A stretch of DNA of 64,000 nucleotides, from the IMG/VR virus record IMGVR_UViG_3300009180_000022; one strand, given 5' to 3'. How positions within the stretch are numbered: the stretch's first letter is position 1; the number at the start of each line of letters is the position of its first letter. The position numbers and the translations under genes were made by a program. The notes under the pieces are model-generated. The model did not search any database. It saw only the letters and a list, made by a program, of their open reading frames with translations, and was not told the DNA's origin. Shown here piece after piece: positions 42,120-51,459 of this stretch. Source of the DNA: a virus.

Positions 42120-42779
42120 ATGAAACTTGAAAACACAACCATTCAGATCTTGAAAAGCTTTTCAACGATAAATCCATCCTTGATGTTTAAGGCCGGGAGT
42201 ACATTAAGTACTTGTACTCCTTTAAAGACAGTATTTGCCAAGGCAACTATCACCGAGCAGATTCCAAATAGCTTTGCTATCTTTGATCTGTCTAAGTTCC
42301 TCGGGGTGCTTAGTTTGTTCAATGCACCAGAGATCAATATTGGTGATCGTAGTATGGAAATATCAGGCGGGCAGCATAAGGTAAATTATACCTTTGCCGA
42401 TCCTAAACTCATCGTCACTCCTAATGACAAAGAGATTAAGATGCCTGATTGTGAGATCAAATTTAGATTGACCTCTGATGATCTGTCTAAGGTTATGAAA
42501 GCACTCGGTGTGCTACAACTACCAGAGATCGCAGTAACAGGTGATGGAGTTAATATGCACCTGGCTGCTATTGACTCGAAGAATCCCTCTAGTGATACGT
42601 ATAAGATTCAACTAGGGAACACCTTGCTTGTCTATAAGATGATTTTCAAATCAGAAAACATTAAAATTATGGCTGGCGATTATGATGTTGAGATCTCTTC
42701 CCAAGGCGTTGCCTACTTCAAGGGTACTAATATTGAGTATTGGATTGCTACAGAGGCATCAAGTACATTTGAAAAGTGA
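42120..42779 (+). CDS. gp45: Sliding clamp
   Basis: LKSFSTINPS, FAIFDLSKFL, GDYDVEIS, YWIATE. Confidence 0.92.
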   Translation: MKLENTTIQILKSFSTINPSLMFKAGSTLSTCTPLKTVFAKATITEQIPNSFAIFDLSKFLGVLSLFNAPEINIGDRSMEISGGQHKVNYTFADPKLIVTPNDKEIKMPDCEIKFRLTSDDLSKVMKALGVLQLPEIAVTGDGVNMHLAAIDSKNPSSDTYKIQLGNTLLVYKMIFKSENIKIMAGDYDVEISSQGVAYFKGTNIEYWIATEASSTFEK

Positions 42780-42791
42780 TACTAAATTTAT

Positions 42792-43730
42792 ATGATGAAA
42801 CATTTCTTGTGGGTGGAGAAATACCGCCCTCAGACTATTGATGATGCTATTCTACCGGAGGACTTGAAGACTGTCTTTCAGAAGTTTGTGGATGATGGGT
42901 CAGTTCCTAACTTACTACTAACTGGCCGCGCCGGTATTGGTAAGACTACTGTTGCAAGAGCAATGCTTGAGCAACTTGAATGTGATTATATTGTCATCAA
43001 CGGCTCGATGAATGGTAATATCGATACACTTCGTAACGAGATAAGGACATTTGCCTCATCTGTATCTCTACAAGGCGGCCGTAAATATGTTATACTCGAC
43101 GAGGCCGACTACCTCAACCCAAATAGTACCCAGCCCGCTCTACGTAACTTTATGGAGGAGTTTAGTAGAAACTGTGGCTTCATTCTTACTTGTAATTTTA
43201 AGAATCGTATTATTGAACCTCTACATTCACGTTGTAGCGTTGTGGACTTTAAGGTCGAAGGTAAAGACAAATCAAAGATGGCTATGCAGTTCCTTCAAAG
43301 GACCTGTAACATCCTTGATAGCGAAGGTGTGGAGTACGATAAGAAGGTTCTAGCAGAGTTAATCATTAAGTATATACCTGATTGGAGGCGCGTTCTTAAT
43401 GAGCTTCAACGCTATAGTGCAGCAGGTAAAATTGATACTGGCATCCTGTCTAACTTTCATGATGATAATGTCAAGAACTTAATGAAGATGCTAAAGGAAA
43501 AGAACTTTACAGAGATGCGTAAATGGGTGGCTATAAATACTGATATGGATAATGCGGTGTTCTTTCGTAAGCTCTATGAGATTGCATCGGAATATGTTAC
43601 ACCAAATACCATTCCAGTATTAGTATTGAAGCTTGCTGACTATCAATACAAGGCTGCCTTTGTGGCTGATCATGAGATTAATACTGCTGCATGTCTTACC
43701 GAACTAATGGTTGATTGCGAATTCAAATAA
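42792..43730 (+). CDS. gp44: Clamp loader large subunit
   Basis: WVEKYRP, GRAGIGKTT, ILDEAD, HSRC. Confidence 0.96.
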   Translation: MMKHFLWVEKYRPQTIDDAILPEDLKTVFQKFVDDGSVPNLLLTGRAGIGKTTVARAMLEQLECDYIVINGSMNGNIDTLRNEIRTFASSVSLQGGRKYVILDEADYLNPNSTQPALRNFMEEFSRNCGFILTCNFKNRIIEPLHSRCSVVDFKVEGKDKSKMAMQFLQRTCNILDSEGVEYDKKVLAELIIKYIPDWRRVLNELQRYSAAGKIDTGILSNFHDDNVKNLMKMLKEKNFTEMRKWVAINTDMDNAVFFRKLYEIASEYVTPNTIPVLVLKLADYQYKAAFVADHEINTAACLTELMVDCEFK

Positions 43731-43737
43731 GACTATA

Positions 43738-44031
43738 ATGAATAACATTATCATCGGCATCCTAACCTGGATTAAGAATGACTACAAGTCTTACCCTCTC
43801 CGCTTTACTATTGAGCTCATTGCTTGGGCTATTAGTATATGTTGTTCTATCACGATGGCACTCACCGTTCCAACCCCTCCCCTCCTGGCTCTTTATCCTA
43901 TCTGGATTTTGGGCTGTGGTATGTACGCTTGGGCTGCTTATAGTCGTAAATCTTTTGGTATGTTGTTTAATTACACCTTACTTGTAACCATAGACTCAAT
44001 CGGTCTTATTAGGATGCTTATAAACTTATGA
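43738..44031 (+). CDS. Small three-helix membrane protein
   Basis: Three hydrophobic segments. Confidence 0.6.
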   Translation: MNNIIIGILTWIKNDYKSYPLRFTIELIAWAISICCSITMALTVPTPPLLALYPIWILGCGMYAWAAYSRKSFGMLFNYTLLVTIDSIGLIRMLINL

Positions 44032-44603
44032 AAACATTTTTAGAAATCGGCGCTTGTGACTTTGATAATCTAGATCCGCTGCTAGATTCAGGATGGCGTG
44101 GTATATTAGTAGAGCCAATACCCCTTTATGCTGAGTCACTCCGTAAAAAGGTATTAAAGTATCCTAATGCCATTGTAGAGCAGGTCGCTATTACAAGCAG
44201 GGATGGAACTATCTCTATGGATAGTATGGATGATATCTCGATTACTGGTGTAAATAAGTGGAAGCGTGGCATTAGTCATATATCTCAAACACCTGGAGTG
44301 TCAAAGTATAACTATACTTCAGGCTCTATTACTACCACTACAAACAGTAAAAAGCTAATGGTTGAGTGTATGACGCTTGACGGTTTAATTGACAAACATA
44401 AAATTGAAACAATCGATCTATTACAACTAGACGTTGAAGGTCATGAAATTGTTGTATTAACTAGTTACTCTTGGAAGATTAAGCCAACCATAATGAAGAT
44501 TGAACATAAATATGTCAATGATAATGATCTAGTTGCCTTACTCAACTCAAAAGGATATCATTGCTACTACGAAGCTAACGATATCTACGCTATTCTAAAA
44601 TGA
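44028..44603 (+). CDS. FkbM-family methyltransferase
   Basis: FLEIGA, GILVEP, TLD, IDLLQLDVEGHE. Confidence 0.85.
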   Translation: MKTFLEIGACDFDNLDPLLDSGWRGILVEPIPLYAESLRKKVLKYPNAIVEQVAITSRDGTISMDSMDDISITGVNKWKRGISHISQTPGVSKYNYTSGSITTTTNSKKLMVECMTLDGLIDKHKIETIDLLQLDVEGHEIVVLTSYSWKIKPTIMKIEHKYVNDNDLVALLNSKGYHCYYEANDIYAILK

Positions 44604-45034
44604 CCCCTTTTGACTATATTAACTCCATCTCCTTCAATAAGAACGATCTTATGGGAGGAACTGGGAACGATGAGTTAGCAGAGAAGGATTACCCAGCCTT
44701 CATAGTCAATAAAGGATTGTCATACTATATCGATACCATCTTACATTCTAATGAGATGAATCAACGGCCATCTACCGATAACAGACTTCAATATACCTAT
44801 CTCCTAAATAGTATTAGAGCTCATAAGCGATTTGCTAAATGGGCCAAGCGAGAAGATAGTAATGATCTGGATGCTGTTAAAGAATATTATGGCTATAACA
44901 ATGAAAAAGCCTTTCAAGCCCTGTCCTTACTATCATCTGAACAACTCAGCATGATAAAAGAACAATTACAAAAGGGCGGGTTAAATGAGCATAGTAGACA
45001 ACCTAATAGAGGTGAGGCTAAAAAAAGAGGATGA
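44600..45034 (+). CDS. gp62: Clamp loader small subunit
   Basis: PFDYINSI, Y.AFIVNKGLS, NEMN, KEYYGY. Confidence 0.9.
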   Translation: MTPFDYINSISFNKNDLMGGTGNDELAEKDYPAFIVNKGLSYYIDTILHSNEMNQRPSTDNRLQYTYLLNSIRAHKRFAKWAKREDSNDLDAVKEYYGYNNEKAFQALSLLSSEQLSMIKEQLQKGGLNEHSRQPNRGEAKKRG

Positions 45035-45380
45035 TTTCTTAAAGGTCAGGGAAACATTAACTCGGATTGGGGTTGCATCAAAGAAAGATCAGATGCTATA
45101 CCAATCATGTCACATATTACATAAACAGGGCAAATATTACATCGTCCACTTTAAAGAACTATTTCTATTAGATGGTAAGCCATCTAGTTTCGGCGAGGAT
45201 GATGTAGGAAGACGAAATACTATCACTAATTTACTAGCCGAGTGGGGACTCATTGAGATAGTAATCCCAGGTTCAACCAAAGATCCTGTTGCACTTCTAT
45301 CACAAATAAAAGTTCTTCCGTTTAAAGAGAAGGAACAGTGGAATTTAGTGACAAAATACAATATAGGACGTAAGATTTAA
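44985..45380 (+). CDS. regA: Translational repressor RegA
   Basis: DDFLKVRETLTRIGVAS, LYQSCHILHKQGKYYIVHFKELF.LDG. Confidence 0.96.
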   Translation: MSIVDNLIEVRLKKEDDFLKVRETLTRIGVASKKDQMLYQSCHILHKQGKYYIVHFKELFLLDGKPSSFGEDDVGRRNTITNLLAEWGLIEIVIPGSTKDPVALLSQIKVLPFKEKEQWNLVTKYNIGRKI

Positions 45381-45385
45381 TCTTT

Positions 45386-45411
45386 AGCCACCAATAGGTG
45401 GCTTTTTTTTT
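45386..45411 (+). terminator. Rho-independent terminator after regA
   Basis: AGCCACC-aata-GGTGGCT then T run. Confidence 0.9.
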
Positions 45412-45445
45412 GGTGTTTCGTTACAATGAACAGACTAGGAAAGGA

Positions 45446-45952
45446 ATGTTCATGCTTCAGTACTCGGATAAACTAATTAAATCTAATATTCATATGTCAG
45501 GTTACGCATATTATAATAAGGCGCTGCGTCCTAAATCTGATATCGTGGTCCTTATCATTCAGAAGACCCTTCCGGAGTTTATAAAGCTTCTTAATCTTCC
45601 AAAGGGCCTTGCGTTCAGGGTTGCTCCTATTAAAGCCAAGCGTACGCGAGGGGTATATGTTGTAGGTCAGCAGCTTGCTGAAATTGATCCTCGTCAGAGA
45701 GCAGAGGATGTTCTTACTACCCTTGCCCATGAACTGGTGCATGCCGAGCAATATTATGAAGGGCGCCTAAAGATAGAGTATCTCCGGGGGCATGGGCAGG
45801 TTCATATGTGGAATGGTGAGTTTATTACTAATAAAGGATCGACCTATCAGGCATATCGAGACCAGCCTTGGGAGAAGGAAGCGTTTGAGCGTCAAGTAAT
45901 ATTAGCTAAAGAGATAGGCAAGATACTAGATTCAAAATTATCCTCTACATAA
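45446..45952 (+). CDS. Zincin-like metallopeptidase
   Basis: LAHELVH (HExxH) and PWEKEA third-ligand motif. Confidence 0.75.
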   Translation: MFMLQYSDKLIKSNIHMSGYAYYNKALRPKSDIVVLIIQKTLPEFIKLLNLPKGLAFRVAPIKAKRTRGVYVVGQQLAEIDPRQRAEDVLTTLAHELVHAEQYYEGRLKIEYLRGHGQVHMWNGEFITNKGSTYQAYRDQPWEKEAFERQVILAKEIGKILDSKLSST

Positions 45953-45985
45953 ATAGTCGAAAGATTATTTACCCGAGGACTGATC

Positions 45986-47650
45986 ATGAATCCATATCAA
46001 GATATCAAATTAGACGAGGCGCGCATGAGCGCTGCTCAGCGATTAAGTAACGCATGGGATAAGCAGCGCGCCAAGAGCGATGCCAGCCTTCGTCGTACTC
46101 CAAGTAGTATTCCTAAAAAGGAAGAACCAAAGAAGGAAGTAGCTGAAGCAAAAGATCCAGGCGAATATGATCAAGAAGGCGATATGGCCAAGGGTCAATT
46201 ACGCACGATTATAGCCAATGCAAAGAGAGCACATGATATGCTCGATGATAATACTAACATGGCTGAATGGGTACAGAGTAAGATTACGCTTGCATCTGAT
46301 TACATTAGTTCTGTTGCTGACTATATGCAAAGTCAAATAGAAGAGGCATATGGTCCAGCAGCTACAGCCGCTATACAAAATAAAGAACCTTCTTATCATG
46401 TTGCCAATATGGATAGGAAAGATAAACAAAATCAACTTAATGTAGATAGGGAAAGATCGTTAGCCCGTCAACAGGTTGCTAGAGGTGAAGATCCAACGCT
46501 AACTCATGCAGGAAATGCAGCTCTTAAATCTCAAAATAAGACTAAATTAAAAGAAGAAACACTTTCAGAGTTAAACAAAGACACATTATACTCGTACAGA
46601 AGAAAAGCTGATAAAGATCTTGATAAGCAAGGAAACGAGCTCGATTCAAATGTTCGTCATGGAAAAGCTAAAGAAGCTAATAAGAACTCATTTAAGGTCA
46701 GTAAAAGAATGGCTGGTATTGATCGTGCTGAAACTCGTTTGAATAAAGAATCAGCAATCTGTTCCAATTGCCAAGCTGACCCATGCATCTGTGATGTCTC
46801 TCATGGATTCGTATCTGAAGCTGAATTAGATGAAGTATTTGCTGATCAAGGTTCAGGATCAACTGCTAAAGATAACGCAGAGTATATGAAAAGACGCAAC
46901 GCGGCTAAGAAGCCCAGTCATTTAACTCCAGGATGGATGCTTAAGAAGGATCCAGAACTAGGCGCCAAGGTCAAAGCAATGATTAAAATTGGCAAGGCAC
47001 GCGCAAAGTCTCATGGAGACATAAATGCCGGTAAGGATGTGAAGACTGATATTGAACTACACAATATGGTCGAACGTCTTATTGATATGCGAAATGAAGT
47101 TCCATTGACCATGGACAACTATGATGCAATTACAGGAAAGCTCAAAGAAAGTGCCGGTAACGGCGTTGGCGTTTTTAGCCATGAGTTGAGTAATATTAAC
47201 CGTGGTATGCAAGTGAAAAAGGCTCTCGATAAAGACCAATCTCTTGAAAAAAAGAGAATGGAACCCGTTCGACAATCTAGAGTTAATCCTGTTTCGGAAG
47301 AACAGATTAATGAATTGTCTAAAGACACATTGAAGTCTTATGTTGACAAGTTAATGGCGATGAAGAAGGAGCTATCAATAGTTCAAAAATCTCATACTAA
47401 GATGGAAAAGGATGTTGCTAAAGCAAAAGAAAAGGCCGATGCAGCACCATCCCAAGAAGATCACGATTCGGCTTTAAATCATTTTAAAACTCAGTATCTA
47501 AATGCCAAAAGAAACAAAGATGACCAAGGGGCCAACGATGCTGCCAGGGGCTATCATGATTATTCACACAAACTATCTAACATCTATCAAAGGAAGCTAA
47601 AGGGGCTGGCGATAGGTGAAGAAACTAACCCATATGGAAACTTAGTATGA
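45986..47650 (+). CDS. Modular charged protein, probable internal head protein
   Basis: CATAAATA late-like box upstream, GAGG RBS; two ELSK/ELNK-DTL.SY modules shared with 20829-21986; many L/I/V-x-E sites. Confidence 0.55.
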   Translation: MNPYQDIKLDEARMSAAQRLSNAWDKQRAKSDASLRRTPSSIPKKEEPKKEVAEAKDPGEYDQEGDMAKGQLRTIIANAKRAHDMLDDNTNMAEWVQSKITLASDYISSVADYMQSQIEEAYGPAATAAIQNKEPSYHVANMDRKDKQNQLNVDRERSLARQQVARGEDPTLTHAGNAALKSQNKTKLKEETLSELNKDTLYSYRRKADKDLDKQGNELDSNVRHGKAKEANKNSFKVSKRMAGIDRAETRLNKESAICSNCQADPCICDVSHGFVSEAELDEVFADQGSGSTAKDNAEYMKRRNAAKKPSHLTPGWMLKKDPELGAKVKAMIKIGKARAKSHGDINAGKDVKTDIELHNMVERLIDMRNEVPLTMDNYDAITGKLKESAGNGVGVFSHELSNINRGMQVKKALDKDQSLEKKRMEPVRQSRVNPVSEEQINELSKDTLKSYVDKLMAMKKELSIVQKSHTKMEKDVAKAKEKADAAPSQEDHDSALNHFKTQYLNAKRNKDDQGANDAARGYHDYSHKLSNIYQRKLKGLAIGEETNPYGNLV

Positions 47651-48075
47651 TATCGTTCATTGATTATCTTATTGAGGGTGATGGGCTGTGGGCTAATATT
47701 CATGCCAAGCGTGCCAGAATCAAGAATGGATCAGGCGAACGAATGAGGAAGCCTGGATCAAAGGGTGCTCCAGATAAACAAGATTTTAAAGATGCCCAGG
47801 AATCGGCTGCATGGACCAGGAAAGAAGGTCAATCTGATTCAGGGGGCCTAAACAAAAAGGGTATTGCCTCGTATAGGAGAGAGAACCCGGGATCAAAGTT
47901 ATCGATGGCAGTCACTACCAAGCCATCTAAACTAAAGGCTGGATCAAAGGCTGCGAATAGAAGGAAATCATTTTGTGCCAGGATGTCAGGGATGAAGAAA
48001 TCAAGGACGAGTGCAAAGACAGCCAACGATCCTGATTCACGTATTAATAAGGCACTAAGAAAATGGAACTGCTAA
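47647..48075 (+). CDS. Basic conserved phage protein, probable internal protein
   Basis: MISFIDYLIE leader; GLWANIHAKR and RRKSFCARM...SRINKALRKWNC blocks recurrent in T4-like phages. Confidence 0.55.
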   Translation: MISFIDYLIEGDGLWANIHAKRARIKNGSGERMRKPGSKGAPDKQDFKDAQESAAWTRKEGQSDSGGLNKKGIASYRRENPGSKLSMAVTTKPSKLKAGSKAANRRKSFCARMSGMKKSRTSAKTANDPDSRINKALRKWNC

Positions 48076-48257
48076 CATTTAAACAGTTCAATGAGAACTT
48101 CCAGGATGGGAGGCATCCAGAAGACAAAGGTGATATGGGCAGGTATGGCCTTAAAGGCAAATCGATCACCCAGTTAAAGAAGGTTAGAACATCTGATAGC
48201 GCATCACCAAGGGAGAAGCAACTGGCCCATTGGTTTATTAATATGCACAAGAAATGA
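48063..48257 (+). CDS. Small basic protein, probable internal protein
   Basis: MELLTFKQFNE leader then FQDGRHPEDKG. Confidence 0.5.
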   Translation: MELLTFKQFNENFQDGRHPEDKGDMGRYGLKGKSITQLKKVRTSDSASPREKQLAHWFINMHKK

Positions 48258-48312
48258 GCCTGGAAAGGTTTTAGAACACGTGTCTACGCCAAAGCCTCCT
48301 GGTTGCTTAATG

Positions 48313-48837
48313 TTACAAAAAGTGGTTAGACAATTCTAGTTCAGGATTGCGTCCCCAGATATATCCAGGAATCAGTTCCTTGCCTCGGCGTTCATGCCCG
48401 GTATATGGATCATAGCACCATTTCATTCCAACATTCCTTTTATGGCCCATGGCACGTAAAGAAATAATATTCTTTGTTGTGTTAGTATGAACATGACCGG
48501 TATGATTGCCCCTCTTACCCTTCTTGCCCTCACTAATACGTCGACGTTGATATTCAGATTTAGGAACCCCGGTCTTCTGTTCTGACCATAGTTTACGATG
48601 ATGGGCCTTCATATCATCGGTCCAATACTTCCATCCAAACTTCTTTTTAATATGACAGTCCATGATGACTGATTCTATATTATACTGCTTCTTGGTCTTT
48701 GTTATAACGGATGTTAGATTGGTTTGATCTTTAACATAGGTCAACACCTCACCCGCCATACCGTACTTGGCACGAAACTCCTTATCACTTCTATCATATA
48801 CGATGATACTATTTTGGTGCTGAATAAGTCTATGCAT
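48313..48837 (-). CDS. Basic protein with NUMOD3-like DNA-binding repeats (homing-endonuclease-related)
   Basis: PKSEYQRRRISEGKKG and HTNTTKNIIS repeats, IPGYIWGR end; no nuclease motif seen. Confidence 0.55.
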   Translation of the reverse strand: MHRLIQHQNSIIVYDRSDKEFRAKYGMAGEVLTYVKDQTNLTSVITKTKKQYNIESVIMDCHIKKKFGWKYWTDDMKAHHRKLWSEQKTGVPKSEYQRRRISEGKKGKRGNHTGHVHTNTTKNIISLRAMGHKRNVGMKWCYDPYTGHERRGKELIPGYIWGRNPELELSNHFL

Positions 48838-49027
48838 GGTTCTGATGGGGGCCTGTTATGTTATTAATACGTTGATTATCTATAAGAAAACATTCCTCAA
48901 GTAAATATATTACGTTTTTTGGGATGCAAGATAGTAAGGTAAACTTACTAAAAGGGGAAAGAGTTCAGAAAGCAGTGGATTTAATTACAAAGAATTCCTA
49001 TAATCAATCATCAACAGGAGAAAAGCG

Positions 49028-49306
49028 ATGTTTGTACGAGTAAAGGGTAAATTTTTGGATGGTTCGTCTCTTTGGTTCCCTCTGCCGGGGCTGACGAATG
49101 CTAGGGTGAAGGAACTTTTTGGAACTGGGCTCTCCCGCCAAGATCTCGAAAAGTACTCTGATTCGATCGTGATTCGTAGTGAAATGACGAACAATCTGTA
49201 TTCGCTGTACAAATGCTATGGAACGTGGAGGGTTGGCAAGATGGCCGGCGTCACGCCTATCCAGGCCGAATTCGATGCAAAAGAGTTGGGAAAGTTGTTG
49301 ACTTAA
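49028..49306 (+). CDS. Hypothetical early protein
   Basis: AGGAG RBS from repeat; stop inside next repeat. Confidence 0.7.
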   Translation: MFVRVKGKFLDGSSLWFPLPGLTNARVKELFGTGLSRQDLEKYSDSIVIRSEMTNNLYSLYKCYGTWRVGKMAGVTPIQAEFDAKELGKLLT

Positions 49307-49351
49307 TTACGCCGTTTGACTATAATTGGATATCAACAGAGGAAACAACGA

Positions 49352-50233
49352 ATGAGCAACATCACATTTGAAGACGGTAAGTACGTAGGTCGCATCGATG
49401 GTAAGGTCGTGGTTCGTAGCACTAGCAAGTACTATGTTCAGAAGCGTGTAGAGGGCGTTCCTTCTACCTCGTTTGTGGCACCGGTGGAGGCAACTCCCGC
49501 CGTTGAGTTCCCTATCAACCAGCGTTTCGAATTTGTGTTCGATCTGGTGACGATGGTGGCTACGGGTGCTACTGCATCGGCTATCATTACCGGTGAGGGC
49601 GGATTGGGCAAGACCCATACCGTGGTGCAGGCATTGCAGGCTGCCGGTCTTCGTGATATCTCTGAGGTGCCAGCTGGTGAGGTTGTGCCTCCTAAGTCGA
49701 CGTATCGCCTGGTGAAGGGCTTCTCTACTGCCAAGGGCCTGTATCGTATCTTGGCCGAGAATGCTAATTCGGTGATCGTGTTCGATGATTGCGATAGCGT
49801 TTTGAAAGATGATAATGCTTTGAACATCCTCAAGGGAGCTTTGGATACGTATGGCAAGCGCTTCATCTCCTGGAACTATTCGCGTGATGATGACGATATC
49901 CCTCGCTTCTTTCAATTCAAGGGTGGCATTGTTTTCATCTCCAACAAGACGCTTCCTTCGATCGATCAGGCTGTTCGTTCGCGTGCTATGTGCGTTGACC
50001 TGTCTATGACCCTGGATCAGAAGATTGAGCGTATGGCGATGATTATGCGTGAAGATAGCTTCATGCCCGAGGCATCGATGGAATGCAAGCAAGCATCGCT
50101 GGATTTAATTAACAGCCTTAAGGAGAAATCTAAAGAGGTGTCTATGCGTACGCTTATCAAGACGACGAAGATTGCAATGGCCGGACGTCCTAACTGGAAG
50201 TCTTTGGCCGAATACATGCTCCTTCAGGGTTGA
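49352..50233 (+). CDS. AAA+-type P-loop ATPase
   Basis: GEGGLGKT Walker A, IVFDDCD Walker B, FISN sensor, SR arginine finger. Confidence 0.85.
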   Translation: MSNITFEDGKYVGRIDGKVVVRSTSKYYVQKRVEGVPSTSFVAPVEATPAVEFPINQRFEFVFDLVTMVATGATASAIITGEGGLGKTHTVVQALQAAGLRDISEVPAGEVVPPKSTYRLVKGFSTAKGLYRILAENANSVIVFDDCDSVLKDDNALNILKGALDTYGKRFISWNYSRDDDDIPRFFQFKGGIVFISNKTLPSIDQAVRSRAMCVDLSMTLDQKIERMAMIMREDSFMPEASMECKQASLDLINSLKEKSKEVSMRTLIKTTKIAMAGRPNWKSLAEYMLLQG

Positions 50234-50282
50234 TTTAATTACGCCGTTTGACTATAATTGGATATCAACAGGAGAACACGAT

Positions 50283-50894
50283 ATGAGCCACACATTACAG
50301 CCTTATGACATCAACGAAATCGGTAGCTCTGGCTACGGCCGGATCACGGTAAAGATCCAGGGCTACTGGTCTAGCGATCCTATCACGCTGTATGTTCAGC
50401 GTAATAACTACGGATCTGATGAAGGTTGGAAGACGTCTCTATCTCATAGCTCCGGTGGGCGTGATTCAAAGGAAGTGGTTTCGGACATGGAAGCCGCACG
50501 CAACTTCGCCAGTGCCATGCTTACACTGGCTGATATTGGTGAGACGTTGATTGCCGAGCAAGGCGTGGCCCTTGAGGCTGCATATGAGGCTGAACGTGCC
50601 CGGCGCCTGGCGGTGGCCGAGGCGGAGAAGGCTGCCAAGGTTGCTGCGATTGAAGCCGACCCAGCCATTGGTCTGGCTGTTGCATCAGGCATTGTGGCGG
50701 AGATGGCGGCTGCAGCTGCTAACACGTATGCAGTGACTCGTGTGTTCCGTAAGCGTGGATCTGCGGTGACTTCCAATGTCGTGGCACGATGCAACTACAA
50801 GACCCGATTTGCGGTGAACGGATGCACAGTCTCTAAGAAGGAAGCCATCGAATACATCGCCTCCCACGCCGAATTGGTGGAACAAAAGAGTTGA
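50283..50894 (+). CDS. Hypothetical early protein
   Basis: ATG supplied by repeat RBS; Ala-rich helical middle. Confidence 0.7.
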   Translation: MSHTLQPYDINEIGSSGYGRITVKIQGYWSSDPITLYVQRNNYGSDEGWKTSLSHSSGGRDSKEVVSDMEAARNFASAMLTLADIGETLIAEQGVALEAAYEAERARRLAVAEAEKAAKVAAIEADPAIGLAVASGIVAEMAAAAANTYAVTRVFRKRGSAVTSNVVARCNYKTRFAVNGCTVSKKEAIEYIASHAELVEQKS

Positions 50895-50943
50895 TTTAAT
50901 TACGGGTGCCGACTATAATTGGATATCAACAGGAGAATACGAT

Positions 50944-51168
50944 ATGAACTTAGAAATCGGCACCCAGATCCAATACACATGCGCCCTCGGAACCCTGAAG
51001 GCTGTTGTCGCCGGCATCAAGATTGCCCCTACTGCAAGGAAGGGTTTTCTGAACACCTGGATCACCCTGGATCTGCCAGTACAGGAAGGCATTGAGCGTG
51101 CCCACAAGACTATGATCCCAGGTAACGATGGTGCCCTGAAGATGTTCAAGGTCGCGGTGATTGCATAA
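50944..51168 (+). CDS. Hypothetical early protein (SH3-like size and pattern)
   Basis: Repeat-derived RBS; 74 aa. Confidence 0.65.
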   Translation: MNLEIGTQIQYTCALGTLKAVVAGIKIAPTARKGFLNTWITLDLPVQEGIERAHKTMIPGNDGALKMFKVAVIA

Positions 51169-51231
51169 AAGGGTGGATTTAATTACGCCGTCTGACTATA
51201 ATAACGTATGTTCAGTAAGAAAGGTAACAAA

Positions 51232-51459
51232 ATGCAAGCACAAGTTGGATCTGTCGTGAAGACGTTTGATTTCCCTGGCCACACCGATTGCTACATGATC
51301 GGACTGGTAACCAAAGTGGAACAGGGTCTGCTGCATTTGAACACGATCAAGCGTGTGATGCAGGGCAAGGAACTGGCAGCACCTGCCACCTATCAGACTC
51401 CGGTACAGGGTGCCTCGTTCATGGATGCATCTTTCGAACGCGTGGTGGTGCTAGCATGA
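51232..51459 (+). CDS. Hypothetical early protein
   Basis: AAGG RBS after repeat promoter. Confidence 0.6.
   Translation: MQAQVGSVVKTFDFPGHTDCYMIGLVTKVEQGLLHLNTIKRVMQGKELAAPATYQTPVQGASFMDASFERVVVLA

Noticed and set aside
43532-43539. TATAAATA inside gp44 as a late promoter
   Set aside because: Intragenic in an AT-rich genome with no late gene downstream; may be chance
49307-50092. 261-aa minus-strand ORF
   Set aside because: Antisense shadow of the ATPase gene, which has clear motifs, promoter and RBS
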